Positions 21,160-30,863 of a DNA stretch of 64,000 bases are shown piece after piece. The stretch comes from a virus (Duplodnaviria; Caudoviricetes). The notes under the pieces were generated by a model. The model was given only the letters and a program-made list of their open reading frames with translations. It was not told where the DNA came from and did not search any database. Where the stretch lies: the IMG/VR virus record IMGVR_UViG_3300025137_005045; one strand, written 5' to 3'. Position 1 is the stretch's first letter. The number at the start of each line of letters is the position of its first letter. Made by a program: the position numbers and the translations under genes.

Positions 21160-21452
21160 TGGACTTTAATTGGTGGTTACTGATTCCAATAGGAATAGCT
21201 TTGCTGGGTGTTTTGGCACACGGAATATTCCTTGCTATAGTTATTTTCCTTGTTGGTTATGCTGGCGGTGCTTTCTTTTGGGATCATGGTGCAGGAATAT
21301 TATGTGGATTTATTTTACTCACTATGTCGATATGTAATGATCATGCCGGCGGTGGCTCTTATAGCGTAAGAAAACAGCACTGGTGGGATTCAGATCCAGA
21401 CAAAGCTGGCGGTAAGATAGAAACATTTGATATTGATATAAGGAAGAAATAA
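21159..21452 (+). CDS. Hypothetical membrane protein
   Basis: Two hydrophobic segments; TAATG coupling. Confidence 0.6.
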   Translation: MDFNWWLLIPIGIALLGVLAHGIFLAIVIFLVGYAGGAFFWDHGAGILCGFILLTMSICNDHAGGGSYSVRKQHWWDSDPDKAGGKIETFDIDIRKK

Positions 21453-21454
21453 TA

Positions 21455-21838
21455 ATGTTACCAACAGTCGGAACAGCAATAACAGTTACAACAGAAAGCC
21501 GTATGCGAAGCGTGTACGGTGACTATGCTTATCAGGAGTTAACTGGTCAAGTGATAGCTAGTCCTAAATGGTTAAAAGCCACAGAGTTTGCCATTGATAA
21601 TCCTGATCACCCTAATGGCTTTTCAGTTATCAATATGAACAATGTTGTAGACATCAGAGATGCTGATGGTCACGAATATAAATTTACCACAGATAATACG
21701 ATTAAAGTTTGGACAGTTACTGGTAGCAAAGGTAACGAATATACTGTAAAATTACAAGATGGAGAATACAGTTGTGAATGTCTAGGCTTTCAATATAGAA
21801 AACATTGTAAACATATAACAAAATGTACATCGGCTTAA
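21455..21838 (+). CDS. SWIM zinc-finger protein
   Basis: C-terminal YSCECLGFQYRKHCKHI. Confidence 0.8.
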   Translation: MLPTVGTAITVTTESRMRSVYGDYAYQELTGQVIASPKWLKATEFAIDNPDHPNGFSVINMNNVVDIRDADGHEYKFTTDNTIKVWTVTGSKGNEYTVKLQDGEYSCECLGFQYRKHCKHITKCTSA

Positions 21839-21840
21839 AA

Positions 21841-23157
21841 ATGAAACCTTGGGAAATAATAAAACTGCTTGAAGCAGACAACAGTAGATTAGCGAAAGAG
21901 AAAATACTTCGTGACGAAGCTGGATGTGCAAATTCAGAATTCTTTTTAGGCGTCCAACTAGCCCTCGATCCACTAATTACATTTGGTGTCAAGAAGGTAG
22001 CAGAACAAAAAGGTCCTGGTGGACCTGGGCTAGAGTGGACCATATTTAAACAGGCAGTGAATGGCTTATGTTCTAGAGAAGTTACAGGCAATGCCGCACA
22101 AGAAGTTTTGCAGGCCCTCATGGAGACCTCTACTGCTGAGCAGTGGAACCTGTGGTATCGACGTATCCTTATTAAGGACTTACGTTGTGGCGTTAGTGAA
22201 AAGACTGTGAATAATGTAGTCAAGAAAGATTACCCCAACTATATTATTCCAGTCTTCACTTGCCAATTAGCACACGATGGTGCTAATCATGAGAAGAAAG
22301 TTGCAGGTAAAAAACAATTAGAAGTTAAACTTGATGGCGTTAGAGTTATTGCTATTTTACATAAGGATAAGCGTCCAGAAGTATTCAGCCGTAATGGTAA
22401 ACAGTTTCATAATTTTGAACACATTGTTGATCAATTAGCACATGTTGTTCAGACTTATGGCATCGGAACAGACATGATATTAGATGGTGAAGTTATGAGC
22501 AGTTCATTTCAGGACTTGATGAAACAAGTCCACCGTAAAACTAATATCCAATCTGACGATGCTACACTACATTGTTTTGATATGATCACTCTTGAAGAGT
22601 TTTTAGGTGGTGGAAGTATTGTTCCACAGTATGTTAGATCAGGACTGGTCAAGGAGTTTGTTAGCAAGCATCAAGAGGAATTACCTAACGTAGCAGTATT
22701 AGATTGGATTGATGTTGACTTGGATACCTCCGAAGGACAAGAGTCGCTTAAACAGGTCAACAAGCAGGCTATAGACGGTGGTTACGAAGGAATAATGATC
22801 AAAGATCCTAAAGCAGGATATGAATGTAAACGTAGTCATAGTTGGTTAAAAATGAAACCGTTCATTGAAGTTACATTGGAAGTAATGGATGTAGAAGAGG
22901 GGACTGGCCGTAATGCTGGTCGATTAGGTGCACTTATTTGTGAAGGAGAGGATGATGGACTTACTATTAGGGTTAATTGCGGTAGTGGCTTTACTGATAT
23001 CGATCGCGATAGTTTTTGGAATAATAGGACAAAGCTCAATGGAAGACTTGTGGAAGTCAGAGCAGACGCAATCACGCAAAACCAAGACAAAACGTACTCG
23101 TTAAGATTTCCTAGATTCAAAGGATTTCGTGGTATGGAACCAGGAGAGAAATTATGA
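21841..23157 (+). CDS. ATP-dependent DNA ligase
   Basis: EVKLDGVR (KxDG), LDGEV, EGIMIK, WLKMKP, LRFPRF. Confidence 0.95.
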   Translation: MKPWEIIKLLEADNSRLAKEKILRDEAGCANSEFFLGVQLALDPLITFGVKKVAEQKGPGGPGLEWTIFKQAVNGLCSREVTGNAAQEVLQALMETSTAEQWNLWYRRILIKDLRCGVSEKTVNNVVKKDYPNYIIPVFTCQLAHDGANHEKKVAGKKQLEVKLDGVRVIAILHKDKRPEVFSRNGKQFHNFEHIVDQLAHVVQTYGIGTDMILDGEVMSSSFQDLMKQVHRKTNIQSDDATLHCFDMITLEEFLGGGSIVPQYVRSGLVKEFVSKHQEELPNVAVLDWIDVDLDTSEGQESLKQVNKQAIDGGYEGIMIKDPKAGYECKRSHSWLKMKPFIEVTLEVMDVEEGTGRNAGRLGALICEGEDDGLTIRVNCGSGFTDIDRDSFWNNRTKLNGRLVEVRADAITQNQDKTYSLRFPRFKGFRGMEPGEKL

Positions 23158-23369
23158 TACAAGACTTTTTGCTATTTCTAATTGAAAAAGGTACTATGGC
23201 AGAAATGCCATGGTATGTTGATCCTGCAATCATAGTACTATTTCTTATCAGTAATATACTAATGTTTATTCCTAGTTTGAATTATCCTGTGATAAATGAA
23301 ACAGGAGAGGAATGGTATGATAGGTTGGAAAAACAAAGAGATCAACAAAAATGGTTGAGTTTATCGTGA
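23154..23369 (+). CDS. Small membrane protein
   Basis: One TM segment; ATGA overlap. Confidence 0.5.
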   Translation: MIQDFLLFLIEKGTMAEMPWYVDPAIIVLFLISNILMFIPSLNYPVINETGEEWYDRLEKQRDQQKWLSLS

Positions 23370-23512
23370 GTATACCACAAAAACCTAAACCTTGGCGTCA
23401 GCGAGTGCGTGATTTATTTGAAAAGAACTTACCGTTTGGACACAAAGTAGAACAGGATAAAACTAAAATAATTGACCGTAAACGTAAATATAAAAAGGAC
23501 ATTGACCATTAA
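23366..23512 (+). CDS. Small basic protein (48 aa, not in track)
   Basis: GTGA overlap with upstream stop; ends one base before next ATG; ...RDLFEKNLPFGHKVEQDKTKIIDRKRKYKKDIDH. Confidence 0.55.
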   Translation: MSIPQKPKPWRQRVRDLFEKNLPFGHKVEQDKTKIIDRKRKYKKDIDH

Positions 23513-23842
23513 ATGGATAACGTGTATAATTGTTCAGTATGTAGCACAGATTTTGATGAATATTCAGAAGGTGGTATAGTAGGTAACTTTGGTATGTTAC
23601 CGGTAGCATTATGTCCAACATGTTTATCTTGTATGTGTGACATGGCAGATCAAATGAGGGAGGATGATGATATGGAAGTAGCACAAGCAGTGGAACAGAT
23701 GTATTCAATAGCAAGAGCAGTTGAAAAAACCGGCGATGGTTATCTGGCAGGAGATATAAAAGAAGTAGCTGATCGCCTTAATAAGAAAACTGGACCCATA
23801 TTAACGGATGATGATATGGACACTATTAAGAGGGCTACGTAA
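23513..23842 (+). CDS. Zinc-ribbon hypothetical protein
   Basis: CSVC...CPTC pairs. Confidence 0.55.
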   Translation: MDNVYNCSVCSTDFDEYSEGGIVGNFGMLPVALCPTCLSCMCDMADQMREDDDMEVAQAVEQMYSIARAVEKTGDGYLAGDIKEVADRLNKKTGPILTDDDMDTIKRAT

Positions 23843-24027
23843 TGTTAACTAAAACTTATGATGTAGTATACTGGGACGAAGGCGGTAAGAAAGAAATTGT
23901 CAATAGTTTTCCTACTCTAGAAGAAGCACAACAGGTATTTTTTAAATGTATGGAAGGCGATAAAGAAGCACAGATCAATGCCAGCTATGACATTGAAGAA
24001 AGCTATGTAGGAGTTCCAGGTTATTAA
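23842..24027 (+). CDS. Hypothetical protein
   Basis: 61 aa, TAATG coupling. Confidence 0.55.
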   Translation: MLTKTYDVVYWDEGGKKEIVNSFPTLEEAQQVFFKCMEGDKEAQINASYDIEESYVGVPGY

Positions 24028-24640
24028 TCCTAAAACAATAAACATTGCTAATAGAGATACAGCTACCACACTAACTAATATTTGTAAACTACTCAGAGAC
24101 GCATATAGTCGCAACTGGATAACCAGTCGTGATGGTAACATTAGTTGGCACCCTGAAGATGCTAGTTACTTTTATATTACACCAAGTGGTGTGCGTAAAC
24201 AGGATATGACTCCTGAACTGTTTAAAAAGATTGATATTGATACACTAGAAGAGCTGGATGATAATTTAAATTTTCGCCCAAGCGGAGAAATACATCTACA
24301 TCATAGATTGATTAAACAAACACACCAGGAACAATGCGTAGTTCATCTGCACCCTACTTATATTGTTGCGGCAATGCAGACAATGGAGTTATCTAAATTA
24401 GTCAATGACTATCCTGAGATTAGCAGATATACTCGTGTTGCTGACAATGTAGGCATGGTACCACCTATCAGTGAAGAACTAGCAGAACAATGTATATTAA
24501 AATTAGGCGAAGACAAAGACATTGTTGGTATCAAAGCACACGGTGCTGTCAGTAGAGGAAACACTTTATATGATGCTTATGAACACACAGAGCGTCTTGA
24601 ACATATTTGTAAAATTGTATTGGTAGGGAGAACTGTATGA
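24023..24640 (+). CDS. Class II aldolase/epimerase family protein (start codon uncertain)
   Basis: Conserved WITSRDGNIS...YITPSGVRK lies in frame upstream of the tracked GTG; metal ligands SGEIHLH, VHLHP, KAHG; no ATG/GTG/TTG between 24011 and 24190. Confidence 0.75.
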   Translation: MNPKTINIANRDTATTLTNICKLLRDAYSRNWITSRDGNISWHPEDASYFYITPSGVRKQDMTPELFKKIDIDTLEELDDNLNFRPSGEIHLHHRLIKQTHQEQCVVHLHPTYIVAAMQTMELSKLVNDYPEISRYTRVADNVGMVPPISEELAEQCILKLGEDKDIVGIKAHGAVSRGNTLYDAYEHTERLEHICKIVLVGRTV

Positions 24641-25065
24641 GTATGCACATGGAAGGTCCTGCATTAACTACAACAAGGACTAAAAAATATAAACTTACTA
24701 AAGTTAGACGAGCTCAGTTAAAAGAAGATATGTTTCACTATAACAAGAAACGTAAACGTAACGGTGAAGTTAAAATTACATTCGACGAATACTTAGATTA
24801 TCGTTGTGGTATTGTTACAAAAAGAAAACTGCACCCCAGTGAACAGGGCGAGCTTAGAGCTGATTATTTACAACTACCGCCACATAGACAAAATGAAGTT
24901 AAACACCCTAGCAAGCCAATGGGTGATGGCATAGCTACTAAAAAAGATTCAACACAATATACAGGCACATTAATTAAAGGTATCGCTACAATGCACAAGT
25001 CAAATGCTATTCCTATAATTGATGAAAAACAAGCAAAAGAAGTTTCGTCGATGAGGAGAGGTTAA
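24637..25065 (+). CDS. Conserved phage hypothetical protein
   Basis: C-terminal YTGTLIKGIATMHKSNAIPI motif typical of T4-like phage hypotheticals. Confidence 0.65.
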   Translation: MSMHMEGPALTTTRTKKYKLTKVRRAQLKEDMFHYNKKRKRNGEVKITFDEYLDYRCGIVTKRKLHPSEQGELRADYLQLPPHRQNEVKHPSKPMGDGIATKKDSTQYTGTLIKGIATMHKSNAIPIIDEKQAKEVSSMRRG

Positions 25066-25067
25066 CA

Positions 25068-25289
25068 ATGAGTGATATAAAGGTACACTGTACAGACAAA
25101 GGAATGGATGTTGATGGATTTATTTTAAATCATAGACATAAAATGTTTATGGATGTTGCTATTAATACTGTTAAAGTTAAATTTCAGTATGATCCTAAAT
25201 TTAAACAGTATGTTGGTAATATGGCTGGTCTTGAATGGATAGTCAAAGAAGCAGACTTACCGGACGAGTATGACGAATATAAAAGGTAG
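25068..25289 (+). CDS. Hypothetical protein
   Basis: 73 aa, GGAG SD. Confidence 0.6.
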   Translation: MSDIKVHCTDKGMDVDGFILNHRHKMFMDVAINTVKVKFQYDPKFKQYVGNMAGLEWIVKEADLPDEYDEYKR

Positions 25290-25584
25290 TGTTATTATTA
25301 TTGCATTTTTCTTTCTGCAAGGTTGTACAACCGCAGTAGTTAAATTTCTAGGAATTGGTGGTGCTGTTGAAGGAGCCGCCGGTGCAACTGTTGCAGTTGA
25401 AATAGCAGAAACATTAGACCAAGCAAAAACTATAGGTGATGCAATAAGTTGGGGAAATACAGGAAAAACACTAACGGATCATGCTATCAGTAAGTATACC
25501 GGTAAAGACTGTAGAACATTTAACATACTGAAAGAAAAAGAAATATGTGAGGAAGTAAACAAGGACCAAGATAAAGGAAAATAA
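25270..25584 (+). CDS. Putative lipoprotein
   Basis: Hydrophobic signal ending FLQG-C. Confidence 0.6.
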   Translation: MTNIKGSVIIIAFFFLQGCTTAVVKFLGIGGAVEGAAGATVAVEIAETLDQAKTIGDAISWGNTGKTLTDHAISKYTGKDCRTFNILKEKEICEEVNKDQDKGK

Positions 25585-25585
25585 T

Positions 25586-25885
25586 ATGGGTGAATGGAAA
25601 ACAGATATTAAAGGAGAAGAAATCAATGTCGACGAGATGGCACTTGCTAAAATGCTATATGGTGCGTTGAAAGAGTCTCTTAAAGACAGTGACTTATATT
25701 ACAAAGGAATAAGTCCTGAATACTATTATCTTACAGATAAAGGTAAGGATACATTGATTGCATTTGTTGAACAGATGTCACCTTTGATATTAAAAGCAGA
25801 TGAAGACCATATACGCCAGAGGGCCAAAACAATGACTTTTGACAAACTTTCCAAAGAATCAGATCTTCCACACATTCCCAAATGA
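25586..25885 (+). CDS. Hypothetical protein
   Basis: 99 aa ORF in operon. Confidence 0.6.
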   Translation: MGEWKTDIKGEEINVDEMALAKMLYGALKESLKDSDLYYKGISPEYYYLTDKGKDTLIAFVEQMSPLILKADEDHIRQRAKTMTFDKLSKESDLPHIPK

Positions 25886-25935
25886 TTTCATAAACACCAT
25901 GTTACAACCAGCTTAAAAACAGTTAAATACACGTT

Positions 25936-27186
25936 ATGCGAAAACTTACATTTAGCGACAAATATTTAATACCGTGGTTGACTCTATTATCAGGGTTAGC
26001 TATCTCTGTGGTTGCTGTTTGGTATTCAGTTGCAGGACTTGTTGCTATATTTGCCGCCTCTGCTACAGCTATCATTATCATGGGTGTGGTACTGGAAGTA
26101 GGTAAATTAATAACAGCAGTATATCTACATAGATACTGGGATGTAACAGTACCATGGTTGAAAAGATATCTTGCTATAGCAGTCTTATTCTTAATGTTTA
26201 TTACGTCCATGGGAATTTTTGGATTCCTATCAAAAGCACACATTGAACAAACTTCTATGAGTGACGAACAGTCAGCACAAGTAGAAGTTATCGACGAAAA
26301 GATAACACGTTCAGATGCTAAGATTGATAGATGGCAAGATGAAATAGATAGGTTACTCCAAACAGGATCAGCAGGTACCGGAGGAGTATTATTAGAAGTA
26401 GACACTGTTGCTCTTAAAGATCTCAGAATACAAATTAAAACAGAAAAAGATGTTGTACGTACAGAAGCTGACAACCGTATTACGGTTGCTCAAAACAGAC
26501 GAGACAAAGAAGTTGAAGCGGCTAAACCATTACTGGAAGGTTGGGGCGGTCAAGACGATTATAACAAAGCAGTTGAAAAGGCTAAAAACGTTGAGCGTAA
26601 TGAATCAAATATTGCTCGTACAGATCGCGATAAGAAACTTAAAGCAATTGATAAGAAATATGCTAAAGAGATTAATTTATTAAACAAGCGTATTGCAAAT
26701 GCCAGGAAAGGAAATACATCAAAAGCTAAGGGTGCAGATGAACGCATTAAAGAAATTGAACAGAATATTGAAGCTGAACAATTAAAAATAGATTTAGTAC
26801 GTGAGGACAAATTAGTTTATGAGAAAGAGTACCGTAAACTAGAAGCAGAAGTTGGACCTATTAAATATATTGCTGAATTTGTTTACGGCCAAGCAGATAA
26901 AGACATATTAGAAAAAGCAGTGACCTGGGTAATCATACTAATTATATTTGTATTTGATCCATTAGCAGTTGGTCTATTAATTGCTTCACAATACGCATTT
27001 TTATTAGCAAGAGGTGAGGACCTAAGACCTTTTGATTCTAAAAAGGAAACGCCGTCTGTGTTGAAACAAGATGGTAAAACAAAAGTAATTGAAAGAGTAT
27101 ATGAGGTAGAAGCGGAAGTAGATGACACTACCCCCGAAGATATTGAAGTACTTGAAAAACAAGTAAAAGATAAATTGGAGAAATAA
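25936..27186 (+). CDS. Membrane-anchored long coiled-coil protein
   Basis: Three N-terminal TM helices, long coiled coil, C-proximal TM (VILIIFVFDPLAVGLLIA). Confidence 0.7.
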   Translation: MRKLTFSDKYLIPWLTLLSGLAISVVAVWYSVAGLVAIFAASATAIIIMGVVLEVGKLITAVYLHRYWDVTVPWLKRYLAIAVLFLMFITSMGIFGFLSKAHIEQTSMSDEQSAQVEVIDEKITRSDAKIDRWQDEIDRLLQTGSAGTGGVLLEVDTVALKDLRIQIKTEKDVVRTEADNRITVAQNRRDKEVEAAKPLLEGWGGQDDYNKAVEKAKNVERNESNIARTDRDKKLKAIDKKYAKEINLLNKRIANARKGNTSKAKGADERIKEIEQNIEAEQLKIDLVREDKLVYEKEYRKLEAEVGPIKYIAEFVYGQADKDILEKAVTWVIILIIFVFDPLAVGLLIASQYAFLLARGEDLRPFDSKKETPSVLKQDGKTKVIERVYEVEAEVDDTTPEDIEVLEKQVKDKLEK

Positions 27187-27187
27187 A

Positions 27188-27379
27188 ATGGCAAAACCAC
27201 AAGACGCATTAGATAGTATATGGGACAAATACAGAACATCGTTAAATGCCTTAGCAGATGCCTTAGATGAAAACGAAACATTAAAAGCAGATGCTGACAT
27301 TGACTTTACTACACCATCAGACATAGAAGAACTCGAAAAACGTGTTCAAGCAAAGTTAGTTAATGGAATCGACGAGTAA
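27188..27379 (+). CDS. Small hypothetical protein formed from duplicated segments
   Basis: N-half resembles start of 27363 ORF; C-half resembles end of 25936 ORF. Confidence 0.5.
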   Translation: MAKPQDALDSIWDKYRTSLNALADALDENETLKADADIDFTTPSDIEELEKRVQAKLVNGIDE

Positions 27380-28064
27380 TAAAGAACAGCTAACTGATAT
27401 TTGGCAGAAGTACAAGACTGCCTTAACAAGACTAGATTGGGCTCTTGACCAATTAGCTAAGAGACCTATTGCTAATTCTGAACCAGTAGTTGCTCAACTT
27501 ACCCCACTACATCCACCATCTCAAACACAAGACACAACTGAATTTTCAGTAACATCTGAACCTACGGATATACGTGACATGAAGCCTGCTGATGTTCATG
27601 CAGTATTCATTGAGGGAACAATGCTAGATGAGTATATGGATATGATTGAATTAATAGAGCGAGGAAATCATATAGAATCAATAGCAGTAACTGCCAGAGG
27701 CAAAAGTAACCCTAAATTACATAGTCCAGAAAGTTTAAATTCTTTATATCCTGGAATACTTAACACTCTTAAACTGGTGGCAGATAACAATGAACCATTT
27801 GAAGCAAATGCTAGTTTTGGATCAAAGTATCCGGCTAATCCAAATAAAGGAGACGTATTTTTAAGGGTAGACCAATTACCAACTAAATTGTTCAAATTCA
27901 ACGGAATCAAGTGGATTGAGCTTGACAAAGATGTCAGTTCAAGTTATGCTTATAATGATGAGTACATAAAATACCTAACTACCATGATAGATAACGGTCA
28001 GTATGATATCGAATTACTTAGTGAGAGTGAACGTGCCGCAATTGATGATTATTTAAAGGATTAA
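27363..28064 (+). CDS. Conserved phage hypothetical protein
   Basis: FGSKYPANPNKGDVFLRVDQLPTKLFKFNGIKW domain. Confidence 0.6.
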   Translation: MESTSNKEQLTDIWQKYKTALTRLDWALDQLAKRPIANSEPVVAQLTPLHPPSQTQDTTEFSVTSEPTDIRDMKPADVHAVFIEGTMLDEYMDMIELIERGNHIESIAVTARGKSNPKLHSPESLNSLYPGILNTLKLVADNNEPFEANASFGSKYPANPNKGDVFLRVDQLPTKLFKFNGIKWIELDKDVSSSYAYNDEYIKYLTTMIDNGQYDIELLSESERAAIDDYLKD

Positions 28065-28065
28065 T

Positions 28066-28809
28066 ATGGGATGGAAATCTAGAATACCTGATAAACCAGG
28101 ACATGTAAAATTAGCAATAGAGGCAATCGCTAAGGAAGGTTGGACTATCTTAGAAGGAGATAGGGTTCCAGCAAAAGCGTTAATAAAAGGATGTCGAACT
28201 GCTACTGATGACGACATTAGTAAACTTAGTATAACAAATTATCAAAATGCACAGCTTCAAGAAGCTCTTGGTTATGTTAAAAACTTTGACTGTGCCATCG
28301 ACGGTGGTGCTAATTACGGATTTATAGCATATCATCTAAATCATTTTAAACAAACACACGCATTTGAAATGTTCCCTCCAGTTAGAGAGTGTCTAGAAAA
28401 GAATGTTAAACATTTTGGTTTATCAAATATAAAAGTTCATCCTTGTGGGTTGGGCGAAACTGCCAAGAATGTAGCAATGCGATCTAAAGGTACTTTTGGA
28501 AATCATATACACCCCAACGGTGAAGAGGGCGATGGATCAATGAGAGTTATTACAATTGATAGCTTAAATTTAACAGCCTGCGATTTTATTAAATTAGACT
28601 GTGAAGGGTATGAACCTTTTATCATTCAGGGTGCAATCAATACTATAAGTAAATTTAAGCCAGTATTGCTTATGGAACATAAAAAATTAAGTGAATCATA
28701 CTACGGTGTTAAAGATAGAGAAGACCATATTAACTTATTAATAGATATGGGATATAAAATAATTAAACGATATAAAAAAGACATCATCATGGCACCAACA
28801 TGGCAATAG
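28066..28809 (+). CDS. FkbM-family SAM methyltransferase
   Basis: AIDGGANYG, AFE, IDSL...FIKLDCEGYE. Confidence 0.85.
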   Translation: MGWKSRIPDKPGHVKLAIEAIAKEGWTILEGDRVPAKALIKGCRTATDDDISKLSITNYQNAQLQEALGYVKNFDCAIDGGANYGFIAYHLNHFKQTHAFEMFPPVRECLEKNVKHFGLSNIKVHPCGLGETAKNVAMRSKGTFGNHIHPNGEEGDGSMRVITIDSLNLTACDFIKLDCEGYEPFIIQGAINTISKFKPVLLMEHKKLSESYYGVKDREDHINLLIDMGYKIIKRYKKDIIMAPTWQ

Positions 28810-29999
28810 ACGAAAAAATTAAAACATGCAGTTTCTGTGGTAAAACAAAAGAACAATCAAAGAAATTGATTATTGGAGAATCTGCTGGAATCTGTAACGA
28901 GTGTGTAAATTTTTGCCAAGAACTGTTAGGTCAGGATCTTGAAGAATTTGTTAAGTCAGAATTAGATCTTAATCCTATTAAAATTAAAGAACATCTTGAC
29001 AAGCATGTGATTGGTCAAGAAAATGCTAAAATAATGATCAGTGTATCTGTAGCCAATCACTATAAACGTATTGGTAAACAAACTCCTGTAGAAATTGACA
29101 AGGCCAATGTATTACTTTTAGGTCCTACCGGATGTGGTAAAACCATGCTAGCTAAAAGTATAGCAAAATATCTTGATGTTCCATTTGCTATTGCAGATGC
29201 TACAAGTTTAACAGAAGCAGGATATGTAGGAGATGATGCTGAAACTATGATTTCTAGATTGCTACATGCCTCCGGAGGAGATGTTAAAAAAGCAGAACGT
29301 GGTATTATTTTTATTGACGAACTAGATAAAATTACTCGTAAGAGCGAAAGCACAAGTATAACCAGAGATGTATCAGGTGAGGGAGTACAGCAAGCTCTCC
29401 TAAAAATAATAGAAGGTACTAAATGTCGTGTAAATCTAACAGGTAATCGTAAACATCCGTCGGGTGATATTGCAGAAGTAGATACTTCAAACATTTTGTT
29501 TATTGCTGGTGGTGCATTTGTAGGATTAGATGATCTTATTAAAAATAGAATCAGTAATACTGGAATGGGATTTGGGTCCACTCTGACAGATAATAAAGAA
29601 CAAATAGATCTTAATCAAGTATCGCCACAAGACTTACTCAAGTACGGATTAATTCCTGAGCTTGTTGGTCGATTCACTAATGTGGTTGCTCTTAAAGAAT
29701 TAGACGGAAGTCAATTAGCCCAAATATTAACAGACGTTAAAAATAATTTGGTAGATCAATACAAGTATTTGTTTGATTTGGACGGCGTTAAATTAGAAGT
29801 TACGCAAGATGCAGTTCAGGCAGTAGTTAAACGCACACAGACGCTTGAAACAGGTGCTAGAGGCCTACATACAGAACTAGAGCGTACACTTATGTCACAT
29901 ATGTATAACATATCTTCTTACAAAGATCAGGGCATAAAAACAGTGACCATTGATGAGCAACAGGTAAATAAACCAAAGATATTAACTAAAGAGGAATAA
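28800..29999 (+). CDS. clpX: ATP-dependent Clp protease ATPase ClpX
   Basis: C4 zinc finger CSFC...CNEC, Walker A GPTGCGKT, IIFIDE, RDVSGEGVQQALLK, GARGL; IGF loop reads MGF. Confidence 0.95.
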   Translation: MAIDEKIKTCSFCGKTKEQSKKLIIGESAGICNECVNFCQELLGQDLEEFVKSELDLNPIKIKEHLDKHVIGQENAKIMISVSVANHYKRIGKQTPVEIDKANVLLLGPTGCGKTMLAKSIAKYLDVPFAIADATSLTEAGYVGDDAETMISRLLHASGGDVKKAERGIIFIDELDKITRKSESTSITRDVSGEGVQQALLKIIEGTKCRVNLTGNRKHPSGDIAEVDTSNILFIAGGAFVGLDDLIKNRISNTGMGFGSTLTDNKEQIDLNQVSPQDLLKYGLIPELVGRFTNVVALKELDGSQLAQILTDVKNNLVDQYKYLFDLDGVKLEVTQDAVQAVVKRTQTLETGARGLHTELERTLMSHMYNISSYKDQGIKTVTIDEQQVNKPKILTKEE

Positions 30000-30001
30000 C
30001 A

Positions 30002-30214
30002 TTGACAAAGGTATATCTAAATGATAGAGATACAGTTGAACGTGCATTACGAAAACTAAAAAAGAAACTGTTAACAGCAGATCTTTTAAATGAATTGCGT
30101 GATCGTCAACACTATATAAAACCAACTACTAAACGTAAGTTGAAAAAAGCGGCCGCTAAAAAACGCTGGCAACGCGAGCTAGCAAGCCAAACACTTCCTA
30201 AAAAACTCTACTAA
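30002..30214 (+). CDS. rpsU: Ribosomal protein bS21
   Basis: VERALRKLKKK...ELRDRQHYIKPTTKRK...AAKKRW; TTG start. Confidence 0.9.
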   Translation: MTKVYLNDRDTVERALRKLKKKLLTADLLNELRDRQHYIKPTTKRKLKKAAAKKRWQRELASQTLPKKLY

Positions 30215-30281
30215 GTCTTAGCTTAATTTCAAAATAACCAAAATATATTTACAATATAGAGGTTTTCCTGTATAAATACAA

Positions 30282-30346
30282 TTATACGTTGCCGCAATAG
30301 GGACGTATAAATTTAACTTGCTTAATTTAAGGAGATTTATATCATG
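30282..30346 (+). promoter_or_regulatory. ROSE-like RNA thermometer in hsp20 5' UTR
   Basis: Upstream hairpin TTATACGT/ACGTATAA (30282-30310), then UUGCU (30318-22) pairing with SD AAGGAG (30329-34) leaving the hallmark bulged G. Confidence 0.7.
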
Positions 30347-30784
30347 ACTAGACTAACGACTCTAGACCTACAACCGTTTTACAGAAACTCTGTTGGAATT
30401 GACAGAATATTTGATTCAATGATTAACAGAATAGAACACTCAAGTTCAACAACTAATTACCCACCATATAATATTATAAAAATTGACGATGACAACTATA
30501 AGATTGAAGTTGCTGTTGCTGGTTTTACCAAAGGCGAGATTGATGTGCAAACACATGACGGCCAATTAATTATTACAGGTGAGAAACAAGATCAAGAACC
30601 TAATGGGGACAACTACTTACACAGTGGTATTAGTAACCGTAAGTTTTTGAGAACGTTTGAACTAAGTGACTATGTAGAAGTAGCTTCGGCGAAAGTTAAA
30701 GACGGTATTCTCACAGTTGATTTAGAACGACATGTTCCTGAATCAATGAAACCAAAGACCATTGATATAAATTATAAATCATAG
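30344..30784 (+). CDS. Small heat-shock protein Hsp20 (IbpA-like)
   Basis: NYPPYNIIK, IEVAVAGF, YLHSGISNRKFLRTF, DGILTVDL, PKTIDI. Confidence 0.95.
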   Translation: MTRLTTLDLQPFYRNSVGIDRIFDSMINRIEHSSSTTNYPPYNIIKIDDDNYKIEVAVAGFTKGEIDVQTHDGQLIITGEKQDQEPNGDNYLHSGISNRKFLRTFELSDYVEVASAKVKDGILTVDLERHVPESMKPKTIDINYKS

Positions 30785-30863
30785 TATAATTTATGTAAAT
30801 ACAAACAGCATGGGAAACTCCGTGTTTCCCAAGTTGTTATCATTAATAATATAAAGGATTGCA

